Origin: an uncultured Gammaproteobacteria bacterium
GTDB taxonomy: Bacteria > Patescibacteriota > Patescibacteriia > UBA9934
Reading direction: 5' to 3'
Assembly: GCA_964452565.1 (NCBI GenBank)
Contig: CAYVLY010000001.1
Coordinates: forward strand, 78,638 to 142,637
DNA length: 64,000 nt
Made by a program: the position numbers and the translations under genes. Every line of letters begins with the position of its first letter. Within the stretch, counting starts at the first letter, position 1. Positions 16,432 to 25,509 of the stretch are shown here, in pieces. Under the pieces are notes generated by a model. That model searched no databases. It was not told the origin of the DNA and was given only the letters and a program-made list of their open reading frames with translations.

Positions 16432-18033
16432 ATGGAGGCCATTTATCAATGGTTTACAAACTACTTAGCAACAACCCCACCTGATCAGCTTGGTGTTGAT
16501 ATTTTGCTTTACTTTGGATGGTTCCCGATTTTTTCGATTGTCGTATGGGGATTTTTGCAGATTTGGACAGATGTAAAACAAGGGCAGTATTGGGAAAAGC
16601 TTGAGTGGGATTTACTCGCAGTTACAATCCCACAAGATGCAGTTCAGACCCCAAAAGGAATGATGAACTTCTTTAACAACCTTTCAGGAAGTAAGTCTGC
16701 AATCACTTGGAAAGAAAAATGGTTCTGGGGAAAGTTTCAGGCCTACTTTACATTTGAGATTGTAAGTAACGGTGGACATATCCAGTATTACATTCGTACT
16801 ATCAAAAAATACCGTGATCTTGTCGAAGCAGCGCTTTATGCTCAGTATCCAGAAGCTCAGATCGTTGAGGTTGAAGACTATGTTGATCAGATTCCAAATG
16901 ATTTTCCAAACGATGAATGGGACTGTTTTGGAACAGAGCTCAGCATGTCCAAGGATCATATCTACCCAATCAAGCGCTTTGAAGACTTTGAGCATGTTGG
17001 TGAGAAGGATCTCAGATTCAAAGATCCGATCCTTCCAATGCTTGAGATGATGGGAAAGATGAGACAGGGTGAATATTACTGGATCCAGCTTTTGATTATG
17101 GGACCTGAGGGTCAGGATTGGCGTAAAGATGCAGCTAAATGGATGAAAAAGATGTATGGAATCGAGGATAAGAAAAAGAAGGGTCTCATTGAGAGTTCTA
17201 TTGGCTGGGTTCCAGCTGGTATTTTTGAACAAGTAACAGGGACGGCATTTGGTGCAGGGGATGAGCCTTCAGCAGATGATTTCAGAATGTGGAAAATGAC
17301 ACCAGACGAGCAAGATACTTTAAAGGCAGTTAATGAAAAATCAAAGGAGATAGGATGGCTTTCAAAGATCAGAATGGTTTATTGTGCAAGAAAAGAGGTA
17401 TTTCGAAAGGGAACAATTGCTTCAATGACAAAGGGGATCTTTTTACAGTTTGATTCTAGGATGAATAAACTCGGACTCACCGCTAATGTTACGACGAAAG
17501 ATGATTACTTCTGGCAGGAATGGCAAATGCCTGGAAAACAAAGGACTTTGGTTAAGAAATATAAGAACAGGTCCTTTGGTGCGGGGACAACCCCTTACAT
17601 TCTTTCATCTTCAGAGCTTGCAACTTTATGGCACTTTCCACCAGCTGACGCTAGGACACCAGTTCTTACTTCTCTTGGCGCGCGTATGGCAGAAGCTCCT
17701 GTTGAGCTAGGATTTGCACGTGATGAAGAATCGATTTTACCGAACATTGAGAGAAGCTCATCAGATGTTGAGGGTTCTGCGCCAGTTCGTGCAGAGGCTG
17801 CTCCAGAGTTTGTACCAGAGACTCCTACACCAACAGCGCCAACTACATCTGCACCAGCAGAGCAATTTGAACCTACAGTTCCTGAACCAGCCGCACCAAC
17901 TCAGGTGGAAGAGGTGTTAGCACCTGATAAGCCAGAATTTCAAGCTGGCATGCCAGCCCCAATGCCACCAGGGCTTGATATATCTGATATAGATGTCGAA
18001 CAAGCTGGGGCGCCTGACGATTTACCAGTTTAA
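16432..18033 (+). CDS. Membrane protein homologous to the N-terminal domain of the fused VirD4-like protein 38857..41355; Pro/Thr/Ala-rich C-terminal tail
   Basis: TGCTATAAT extended -10 ends 8 nt before ATG; IQYYIRTIKKYRDLVEAALYAQYPEAQIVEVEDY matches ITFYITVPRYMQNFVEQQLHAQYSAAAIEPVKDY, and ELATLWHFPPADARTP matches EELAGLWHLPIPSTETP. Confidence 0.6.
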   Translation: MEAIYQWFTNYLATTPPDQLGVDILLYFGWFPIFSIVVWGFLQIWTDVKQGQYWEKLEWDLLAVTIPQDAVQTPKGMMNFFNNLSGSKSAITWKEKWFWGKFQAYFTFEIVSNGGHIQYYIRTIKKYRDLVEAALYAQYPEAQIVEVEDYVDQIPNDFPNDEWDCFGTELSMSKDHIYPIKRFEDFEHVGEKDLRFKDPILPMLEMMGKMRQGEYYWIQLLIMGPEGQDWRKDAAKWMKKMYGIEDKKKKGLIESSIGWVPAGIFEQVTGTAFGAGDEPSADDFRMWKMTPDEQDTLKAVNEKSKEIGWLSKIRMVYCARKEVFRKGTIASMTKGIFLQFDSRMNKLGLTANVTTKDDYFWQEWQMPGKQRTLVKKYKNRSFGAGTTPYILSSSELATLWHFPPADARTPVLTSLGARMAEAPVELGFARDEESILPNIERSSSDVEGSAPVRAEAAPEFVPETPTPTAPTTSAPAEQFEPTVPEPAAPTQVEEVLAPDKPEFQAGMPAPMPPGLDISDIDVEQAGAPDDLPV

Positions 18034-18034
18034 T

Positions 18035-20125
18035 ATGCCAATGCGATACCCGCATGATCACGAAAATGACGTAATATATTTCGGACGAGTTAATTTCCGT
18101 AATAAATTGCAAACCTTTGGGGTAAAAACTGACGATAGACGTCGGCATATTTATGTTGTTGGAAAAACAGGTATGGGTAAAACAACCCTGCTTGAAAACA
18201 TGATACTTTCTGACATCTATGCTGGACATGGCTGCGCTTATATTGACCCTCACGGAGATACAGCTGAGAAGTTGCTTGATTATATTCCAAGTTGGCGTAT
18301 CAATGATGTTGTTTATTTTGATCCATCAGATCTTGAACACCCAATCGGATTTAATATTTTGGAAGCAGTAGATGAGAAAATGAAGCATTTAGTTGCAGCA
18401 GGGATGATGTCAGTGTTTAAAAAAATCTGGGAAGGAGTCTGGTCTGCACGAATGGAATACATCTTGAATAACACGATCTTGGCTTTGATGGATACACCAA
18501 AGACAACACTTCTTGGAATTAATAGAATGCTCTCAGACGATTCGTATAGAAAAGAGATTATATCAAATGTAAAAGATCCGATCGTTAAGCAGTTCTGGGT
18601 GATGGAGTTTGAAAGTTATCAGTCAAAGTTTGCTTCAGAGGCTGTAGCCCCGATTCAGAACAAGGTTGGTCAGTTTCTTTCAGCGAGCATTATTCGAAAT
18701 ATCGTTGCTCAGGCCAAATCATCCATGAATATTCGTGAGTTAATGGACAATCAGAAGATTTTTATTGTTAATCTATCAAAGGGACGCATTGGAGAAGATG
18801 CTTCAAGGCTGCTTGGAGGGCTTTTGATTACGAAAATTCAGATGTCTGCGATGGAACGAGTTGATGTGCTTGAGGAGGAGCGACAGGATTTTTACATGTA
18901 CGTTGATGAGTTCCAAAACTTTGCAGTTGAATCATTTGCTTCTATTTTGTCTGAGGCGCGAAAGTATCGACTAAACTTGGTCATGGCGCATCAGTATATT
19001 GCACAGCTTACAGAAGAGGTACGTGATGCTGTTTTTGGTAACGTTGGAACAATAATTACGTTTCGTGTTGGTGGGCCAGATGCTGCTTTTATGGAAGAGG
19101 AGTTCATGCCAAGGTTTTTACCAAATGACATGATCAACCTTCCTAAGTTCCATGTTTATCTAAAGTTGATGATCGATGGAGTTACATCTCAGCCATTTTC
19201 AGCACTGACATTGCCTCCAATCGCAACAAACACTAGTTCACGTGAAAGAGTTGTGGAGCAGTCTCGCGAGCGTTATGCTGGGAGTAAGGAAAAAATTGAG
19301 GAAAAGGTTGCTGAGTGGAGTGGGTTTGGAAAAGATGTTGATTTAGAAGGTGAATACGCTAAAGCAAAGCAGACCAAAAAGGATGCTAAAAAGGCAAGAT
19401 TTTCACATGAGTACACATGCACGCGCTGTGGAAAGGTATTCCCATTGCCAGTTGAGTTGGATCGATCAAGACCGATTTATTGTGAGGAATGTCATCCGAT
19501 TGTAATGGAAGAGAGAAAGAGTGGTAAAAAAAGAGGCGGTGAGAAAAGACAGTCTCGGGAAAGAGAAAAGAAAGTAGTTGAAAAGCCGCCAAAGGTTGAT
19601 GAGGGTGAGGTTATAGAAAAGGACACTGGAAAGACAGTGGGTCTTGATGCTTTGTCGTCCGATAAGATTAAAGACAAGAAGGAAAGAAAGCCTGAACCAG
19701 AGAAGAAAAAAGAAAAGCCAAAGCCAGAGATCGAGGCTAAGGAGATGATGGATCAGAACTCAGAACTCAGAACCCAGAACGCAGACAAAGATCAAAATCT
19801 GAAGAACCAATCAGAAGGGCAGGAGAAAAGGCCTGATCGGCCTAAGCAGGAACCAAAACCTGATAAAAGACCGCAGCAAAGAGAGTCACGGCAAAGGGGT
19901 GATCAACAAGATCGATCAAGTCAACAAGAGCAGCCAAAGCGCAAGCGACGTAGGAGAAAGAGGAAGAAGAAACCGGGTGGAGGATCTGGGAATCAAAATC
20001 AAGCAGATTCTTCGACTAGGCCTCAGAAAGACGTAGATACTGGTAAAAAGCCAAAGGCAGATAGGTCAAGAGATAATAAAACCCAATCAGTACTTCCTGG
20101 CGAACGAGTGACATTCGAGGAGTAA
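18035..20125 (+). CDS. VirD4/TraG/TraD-like type IV secretion coupling ATPase with C-terminal zinc ribbon and Lys/Arg/Glu-rich disordered tail
   Basis: Walker A VVGKTGMGKTT, Walker B YVDEFQNF, MAHQY; CTRCGK..CEECH CxxC-CxxC motif; (CAGAACN)x4 microsatellite at 19754..19786. Confidence 0.75.
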   Translation: MPMRYPHDHENDVIYFGRVNFRNKLQTFGVKTDDRRRHIYVVGKTGMGKTTLLENMILSDIYAGHGCAYIDPHGDTAEKLLDYIPSWRINDVVYFDPSDLEHPIGFNILEAVDEKMKHLVAAGMMSVFKKIWEGVWSARMEYILNNTILALMDTPKTTLLGINRMLSDDSYRKEIISNVKDPIVKQFWVMEFESYQSKFASEAVAPIQNKVGQFLSASIIRNIVAQAKSSMNIRELMDNQKIFIVNLSKGRIGEDASRLLGGLLITKIQMSAMERVDVLEEERQDFYMYVDEFQNFAVESFASILSEARKYRLNLVMAHQYIAQLTEEVRDAVFGNVGTIITFRVGGPDAAFMEEEFMPRFLPNDMINLPKFHVYLKLMIDGVTSQPFSALTLPPIATNTSSRERVVEQSRERYAGSKEKIEEKVAEWSGFGKDVDLEGEYAKAKQTKKDAKKARFSHEYTCTRCGKVFPLPVELDRSRPIYCEECHPIVMEERKSGKKRGGEKRQSREREKKVVEKPPKVDEGEVIEKDTGKTVGLDALSSDKIKDKKERKPEPEKKKEKPKPEIEAKEMMDQNSELRTQNADKDQNLKNQSEGQEKRPDRPKQEPKPDKRPQQRESRQRGDQQDRSSQQEQPKRKRRRRKRKKKPGGGSGNQNQADSSTRPQKDVDTGKKPKADRSRDNKTQSVLPGERVTFEE

Positions 20126-20126
20126 T

Positions 20127-20915
20127 ATGACAATACCTCAGGCAATAATTGCAGGTATCGTTCAAGGAATCACTGAGTTTATTCCAATATCAAGTTCTGG
20201 TCATCTGATTATAGTACGTGAACTTTTTGGAATTGAAATGGAAAGTCTAAGTTTTGATGTTGCCGTCCATATCGCAACGCTTGCGGCTGTAGTTTGGGTA
20301 ATGCGCAGGGAGATTTTCGATATTGTTAAAGAGTTCTTTTCTAAGAAGATCTGGAAATCAACTGGGCTTAAGATAATTGCAGCAACAATACCAGCTGTTA
20401 TCTTCGGACTCATTCTAAATGGTGATTTGATCGACCTGATTCGAACAACTCAAGTGGTTGCAGTGTCATTAATATTTTGGGGCATTGTTTTGTTCATTGC
20501 TGACATTTTTGCTAAAAAGCAGAAGAAGCTGATCGAAAAGCTCCAAAAAATTGGCTGGATTCGCGCAATTATAATCGGTATAGCACAAGCTATCGCGCTT
20601 ATTCCAGGCACGTCACGCGCTGGAATCACAATGACAGCTGGACTTTTTACAGGGATCGATCGGGTGCGTGCAGCACGATTCTCTTTTCTTCTTTCAATAC
20701 CAGTAATCCTTGGAGCTGGTTTATTAACAGCTGTCGAGGCTGTTGAAACAGGGCTAGATATTGGTATTGGGATTCTGATCGCGGGTTGTATTGCGGCGCT
20801 TATCTCAGGAATTATCGCAATTCGATTCTTATTAAAGTTTTTGGAAAAGGGGACATTTGCTGGTTTTGCAGCTTACAGAATCATAATTGGCCTTTTGTTG
20901 TTAATTCTTATTTAG
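20127..20915 (+). CDS. uppP: Undecaprenyl-diphosphatase
   Basis: Conserved EFIPISSSGHLII and PGTSRAGITM motifs; 8 TM. Confidence 0.85.
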   Translation: MTIPQAIIAGIVQGITEFIPISSSGHLIIVRELFGIEMESLSFDVAVHIATLAAVVWVMRREIFDIVKEFFSKKIWKSTGLKIIAATIPAVIFGLILNGDLIDLIRTTQVVAVSLIFWGIVLFIADIFAKKQKKLIEKLQKIGWIRAIIIGIAQAIALIPGTSRAGITMTAGLFTGIDRVRAARFSFLLSIPVILGAGLLTAVEAVETGLDIGIGILIAGCIAALISGIIAIRFLLKFLEKGTFAGFAAYRIIIGLLLLILI

Positions 20916-20916
20916 T

Positions 20917-21465
20917 ATGGGGGAGTTGGAGGTAATAATTTTGATTCTATCATCAGTTATAGTTTTGTTGATTATTGCTGGTACAGTTCTTTCAATTCGA
21001 TTTAAGCACGCACGAGATAGGTTTGAGCAGATTTTTTTAAAGTCAAACGATGCAATGTTTCTTGTAGATATGTATGGAAAGATTAAAAAGGCAAACAAGG
21101 TGTCATCAGAGTTATTTAGGTACGATCTAAAGGTATTGAAAAAAATGGCGGTTTTTGATCTTCACAAGCCAGAGGATATACCTAAAGCAAAGGAGATGTT
21201 TGAGAATATAAAGATGAGACCTGGATCAAAGTTTGAACTTGAGTTAGTTAGATCTGATCAAGAGTCAATAGATGTTGAGATATCAGCAAGCTTGATCGAT
21301 AAGTCAACCATGCTTGCGATTATGAGAGATATTTCTGGACACAAGTTAAGAGAAGTCCAGATGAAAAAGAAGGCTGAAGAACTACAAAGAATCAATAAAC
21401 TCATGATTGGACGAGAGTTGAAGATGAAAGAGATGAAGCAACATATAAGTAATAACAGAAAATAA
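20917..21465 (+). CDS. Membrane-anchored PAS-domain protein with coiled-coil tail ending in an INKLMIGRELKM motif
   Basis: N-terminal TM, PAS-like FLKSNDAMFLVDMYGKIKKAN; gene ends 2 nt before the histidine kinase. Confidence 0.55.
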   Translation: MGELEVIILILSSVIVLLIIAGTVLSIRFKHARDRFEQIFLKSNDAMFLVDMYGKIKKANKVSSELFRYDLKVLKKMAVFDLHKPEDIPKAKEMFENIKMRPGSKFELELVRSDQESIDVEISASLIDKSTMLAIMRDISGHKLREVQMKKKAEELQRINKLMIGRELKMKEMKQHISNNRK

Positions 21466-21467
21466 TC

Positions 21468-23912
21468 ATGCAGCCAGGTGGACTAAAAAATAAACTCTCT
21501 TTAGCAGTAGTTGCTATTATTGCTGTTTTGGGATTGGCTGCGACATTGATGGTTTACCGCTATGCAAGTCAAGAGTTTTTGGAGTATGAAAAGGGTGAGG
21601 TAGAGCTTACTGCAACTGAGAAATCAAACCAGATCAATTCAATAATGAATTATGGCTTCGCTGCTGTAACTACACTTGGTAGCCATCAGGCTGTTGCAGA
21701 TTTTGTAACAGGAGCAGATGGAAGGATTACGCAGGAGCAGATGTTGAATCAGTTAATTGATGCTAATATTGCTGATTTGTTTTCTGCTATTTATATAATG
21801 GATGAAACTGGCTTAACCCTGGTCTCAACTGATGAAAGATTTACTGGAAACAACTACGGGTTTAGAACGTACTTCGAAACTGCAAAAAATGGTGAGGTTT
21901 CGGTTGATGTAGCGCTTGGGGTAACGAGCCAGAAAATTGGATTCTATTTCTCAAGCCCTATTTATGATAGTGCTGGTGAATTTGCAGGTGTTGTTGTTGC
22001 AAAGCTAGAGCCTGATGCACTTGGTGGAGTACTTGCACTGCCATCTGTCATGCAACACGCACACATAATGTTTGTTGATCGCTTTGGTGTGATCGTATAT
22101 TCAGGTAATACAGAACATGAATTGATGGCTCTATCAGAACTTGACGATGATCAGCTTGCGGAGATTGATGAAAAAAGATATTACGAGGGCGCAATGTTGG
22201 CGTCTATGGGGCTAGATCAGATTGCAGATTCTCTATTTATACAAGATTACTATTTGATAAAGAGTGTTGAGAGTGCCACAGGCGAGGAATTCATTATAGG
22301 GATTGATAGAATCGGTGATACTTCTTTTCATCTTTTAATAATGGAGGAAACTGAGCATTATCTTGTTGCAGTAAGAAATCTTGCATATCTAATCTCGCTT
22401 TTCGTACTTTTAGCTGCAGTTCTTGCTGCATTAATTATTTCAGGAATTATCTCTCGATTTTTGTCACCACTTGATAAGTTGCGTATTGCTGCGCAAAGGA
22501 TTACGGCTGGGGATTTTTCTCAAAGTGTGGATATCGAGCAAAAGAATGAACTCGGACTTTTGGCACAGGCGTTTAATAGAATGATGAGCTCTTTGATAAG
22601 TGAAAAGGAGCGAGTCGATCAACAGATCTCAGTACAGACCGAACAGTTACGATCGCAGACCGGTGAGCTTGAACAGCGTCAAGCAGCTATGATGAATGTG
22701 CTTGAGGATGTGGCAGATGAAAAGAATAAGACCCAGCAGGTTGCCCAAGATCTACGCAAGTTCAAAATGGCTGTTGATGGAACATCTGATCATGTTGTAT
22801 TAACTGATCCCAATGGAGTAGTTCTTTATGCAAATCCTGCAGTAAAACGCATTACAGGTTTTTCTATTGAGGAGGTAGTTGGTAAGAAAGTTGGCATAAA
22901 GATGATGTGGGGAGGTTTGATGGATTTGGGCTTTTACAAAAAACTATGGGATACGATAAAGATCCAAAAAAGAGTGTTTGTTGGCGAAATCCTCAATAAA
23001 CGAAAAAATGGCGATTTATACGAAGCTGCTGTGACCATAACCCCAATCCTTGATGAAAAAAATAATGTGATTTTCTTTTTGGGTATTGAACGCGACATTA
23101 CGATTGAGAAGAACATCGAACGCGCAAAATCTGACTTTGTTTCTTTAGCATCTCATCAGCTTCGTACCCCGCTGACTGCTATTCGTTGGTATCTTGATTT
23201 GATGCTAGAGGGAGATGTCGGGAAGATGACAGAGGAGCAACTGGATTATCTGAATACAATCAAAGTCAGCAATATACGAATGGTTAATCTTGTTAACTCA
23301 CTATTGAATGTGTCTAGGCTTGAGCTTGGAACCTTCTCTGTTGATCCAGAACCAGTTGACCTCATCAAGATGATCAAGTCTGAATTAGAAGAGCTTGGTG
23401 TGCAGATTCGAACAAAGAGGTTAACACTTGCTGAGAATTATGATCAAACAATTGGCGAACTATCTCTTGATGTTAATTTATCAAGTATTGTTGTTCAAAA
23501 TATCATTTCTAATGCTGTTAAGTATACAAAGGATGAGGGTGAGATATACATTGATCTTTATCAAGGAACTCAAAAGGGTAATCCGAGCAAGAGCCCAACA
23601 CATGTTATCTTTAAAGTTCGAGATACTGGTGAGGGAATTCCTCAAAGTGATCAGCATAGGATTTTTGAAAAGATGTTCCGTGCTGATAATGCTCGAACAA
23701 TAGATCCAGAAGGAAATGGACTCGGACTCTATATGGTCAAGAAAGTTATTGAGGAGACTGGTGGAAGGATTTGGTTTGAAAGTAAAGAGAATGAAGGCAC
23801 TACGTTCTATGTTGCGATTCCAAAGAAGGGGATGAAGAGGCGTGAAGGGACTAAGAGATTGGCATCAGAAGTTGTAAAATCAAATGGCATTAAGCCAGCT
23901 TCAGATAAGTAA
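21468..23912 (+). CDS. Sensor histidine kinase (TM - Cache-like - TM - HAMP - coiled coil - PAS - HisKA - HATPase_c)
   Basis: HAMP LDKLRIAAQRITAGDFSQ.., H-box SHQLRTPLTAI, G-boxes DTGEGIP and GNGLGLYMVKK. Confidence 0.85.
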   Translation: MQPGGLKNKLSLAVVAIIAVLGLAATLMVYRYASQEFLEYEKGEVELTATEKSNQINSIMNYGFAAVTTLGSHQAVADFVTGADGRITQEQMLNQLIDANIADLFSAIYIMDETGLTLVSTDERFTGNNYGFRTYFETAKNGEVSVDVALGVTSQKIGFYFSSPIYDSAGEFAGVVVAKLEPDALGGVLALPSVMQHAHIMFVDRFGVIVYSGNTEHELMALSELDDDQLAEIDEKRYYEGAMLASMGLDQIADSLFIQDYYLIKSVESATGEEFIIGIDRIGDTSFHLLIMEETEHYLVAVRNLAYLISLFVLLAAVLAALIISGIISRFLSPLDKLRIAAQRITAGDFSQSVDIEQKNELGLLAQAFNRMMSSLISEKERVDQQISVQTEQLRSQTGELEQRQAAMMNVLEDVADEKNKTQQVAQDLRKFKMAVDGTSDHVVLTDPNGVVLYANPAVKRITGFSIEEVVGKKVGIKMMWGGLMDLGFYKKLWDTIKIQKRVFVGEILNKRKNGDLYEAAVTITPILDEKNNVIFFLGIERDITIEKNIERAKSDFVSLASHQLRTPLTAIRWYLDLMLEGDVGKMTEEQLDYLNTIKVSNIRMVNLVNSLLNVSRLELGTFSVDPEPVDLIKMIKSELEELGVQIRTKRLTLAENYDQTIGELSLDVNLSSIVVQNIISNAVKYTKDEGEIYIDLYQGTQKGNPSKSPTHVIFKVRDTGEGIPQSDQHRIFEKMFRADNARTIDPEGNGLGLYMVKKVIEETGGRIWFESKENEGTTFYVAIPKKGMKRREGTKRLASEVVKSNGIKPASDK

Positions 23913-23929
23913 GATCCAATCAAAAGCAC

Positions 23930-23966
23930 AAAACCCCGCGACGGCCGAGAGCCTTGCGGGGTTTTT
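23930..23966 (+). terminator. Hairpin AAAACCCCGC..GCGGGGTTTTT
   Basis: 10-bp stem + T-run; same stem type as the 1230/2198 elements. Confidence 0.65.
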
Positions 23967-24022
23967 GGTAAGTAGGGCTTGCTTTATTCGATATTTATGC
24001 TATACTCTTCGCGCTAGATAAT

Positions 24023-24097
24023 GGCCCTATCGTCTAGCGGCTAGGACGCCGCCCTCTCACGGCGGAAACCCGGGTTCGATTCCCGGTAGGGTCACCA
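24023..24097 (+). tRNA. tRNA-Glu (anticodon CTC), encoded CCA
   Basis: Cloverleaf: acceptor ggcccta/tagggtc, anticodon stem ccgcc/ggcgg with loop ctCTCac, T-arm cgggttcgattcccg; promoter TTGCTT-16-TATACT at 23979..24006. Confidence 0.85.
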
Positions 24098-24100
24098 ATA

Positions 24101-24126
24101 AGAAAGCCACCGTAAGGTGGCTTTCT
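24101..24126 (+). terminator. Hairpin AGAAAGCCACC-gtaa-GGTGGCTTTCT + tattgg
   Basis: 11-bp perfect stem directly after the tRNA. Confidence 0.6.
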
Positions 24127-24133
24127 TATTGGT

Positions 24134-24225
24134 CTGCTGAATCGAACCCGGGTTGTGCAGGGTTTGATATCCCGGCTGTGTCCTTCCGAAGCCCGAAGGG
24201 CGAAGGAGGGTAGGGTCACCATAAG
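24134..24225. repeat. tRNA-fragment scar: inverted T-arm copy, T-arm-like segment, embedded GC-rich hairpin element (24181..24210) and degenerate tRNA 3'-end copy tagggtcacca-taag (24211..24225)
   Basis: gaatcgaacccggg is the reverse complement of the tRNA-Glu T-arm; gggtagggtcaccataag matches the tRNA 3' end with one deletion. Confidence 0.55.
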
Positions 24226-24395
24226 GGACTCGTCACCGCAACGGGTCTTTTGTTGTTCTAAAATTAGCGATAATTTTGTAGTTACAAGGTCAATTCTTAT
24301 CCAAGTGAATCTAATAAATAAAATGTTTTCAAAAATGGCATGTATGGTAGAATCTATCTAGAAAAAAGATGTTGAATATTTAGTTACAAAAAAAT

Positions 24396-25373
24396 ATGCA
24401 AGAAGAACGATCGATGTGTGGTAGGTGTGGGTATCCAACTCACATGGGAAAACATGCCCCAGATTGTGCGGCGTTAAAAAAAGGGTCAGAAAAAAAGTCT
24501 GACCAGGGAAATGAGGTTGATCCATATGGACCAGAGGCAATACGCCGTGATATTCAAAGCAAAGTAGAGATTCTTAGATCCTGGGCAGAAAGGCTGGGAC
24601 TTAAAGAGGGTAAGGATTTATTGATCATCGAAAGCATTGAAGATTTTGTTGGTGATGATTATGATATTGCCCCTCACGAAGCTAAGTCATTCGCAGTTGG
24701 TATTTTGGAACCACACTATAAAGCCTTCCGTGAGTATGTTTTAGGTGAGTACAGGCAACAGAGAAAAAAAAGGAATCCAAAAGGTGATGTGCAGATCTAC
24801 TATAGCTGGGGAGGAAGATTCCTTGTTGGGTGGGACGGGGTGCCATTCGAAACTGTAGCAATGGAAAGTATTGATCCGCCACGTGCTCAAACTCACCATG
24901 AAGAGTTCAAAAATTTTTTCAAGGATCGATATGGCTTTGAGTTCCCCACATCGGATATGCTTAACCCTTTGCTGGCTGAAATGAGTCGGGCTGGTCTTTC
25001 AACGTATGAACAGGCTCTTGCTAATCTGAAAGATAAACGAGGAGCCGGTACCCTCCCAGACGAGGGCTATGCAGCCATTGACTCATTGGAGTATGCCATT
25101 GTCATTCTGAAAGATGCAGCCTTAGGTAAAGCGCTCGTGGATCTACCTGAAACAATTGAGGGTGCAATGGAAGATAAAATGGCTCATTATGTTGATCTAA
25201 CCTATAACGCTGAGTCTATTATTGACTGTGATCAGGTAGCTGAACTATCTGGTTTACCGTTCTCTGACGATATTCGTCTGGATAAACTTTTTGATCGTTG
25301 GAATTTTGATCGAAATAGTATGGAAGATGTGTGTCATGGGTTTGCAGATTATTTAGACGAAGTTGGGCGCTAG
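24396..25373 (+). CDS. Hypothetical protein with N-terminal Cys/His cluster (CGRCGYPTHMGKHAPDC)
   Basis: 325-aa ORF lying between the tRNA-Glu and its 17-bp direct repeat; no recombinase motifs recognised. Confidence 0.55.
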   Translation: MQEERSMCGRCGYPTHMGKHAPDCAALKKGSEKKSDQGNEVDPYGPEAIRRDIQSKVEILRSWAERLGLKEGKDLLIIESIEDFVGDDYDIAPHEAKSFAVGILEPHYKAFREYVLGEYRQQRKKRNPKGDVQIYYSWGGRFLVGWDGVPFETVAMESIDPPRAQTHHEEFKNFFKDRYGFEFPTSDMLNPLLAEMSRAGLSTYEQALANLKDKRGAGTLPDEGYAAIDSLEYAIVILKDAALGKALVDLPETIEGAMEDKMAHYVDLTYNAESIIDCDQVAELSGLPFSDDIRLDKLFDRWNFDRNSMEDVCHGFADYLDEVGR

Positions 25374-25448
25374 AGTTTCAACTTGAATAACCAGAAAACA
25401 ACTCCATTTTTTTAATTCAGCTGCAAGATGGTTGAAACCAAGTCGCTC

Positions 25449-25465
25449 TAGGGTCACCAATAAGA
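25449..25465 (+). repeat. 17-bp exact direct repeat of the tRNA-Glu 3' end plus 6 downstream nt (TAGGGTCACCAATAAGA), att-like
   Basis: Identical to 24087..24103; followed by terminator hairpin AGACCGCAGG-atatac-CCTGCGGTCT (25463..25488), analogous to the hairpin after the tRNA. Confidence 0.65.
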
Positions 25466-25488
25466 CCGCAGGATATACCTGCGGTCTT
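25463..25488. terminator. Bidirectional terminator, 10-bp perfect stem AGACCGCAGG/CCTGCGGTCT
   Basis: Lies between convergent genes 24396..25373 (+) and 25510..26607 (-). Confidence 0.6.
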
Positions 25489-25509
25489 ATTGTTTAGTCT
25501 CCGATCGGA

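Noticed and set aside
24134-24225. Second complete tRNA gene next to tRNA-Glu
   Set aside because: Only T-arm and 3'-acceptor fragments are present; no complementary 5' acceptor strand, D-arm or anticodon arm
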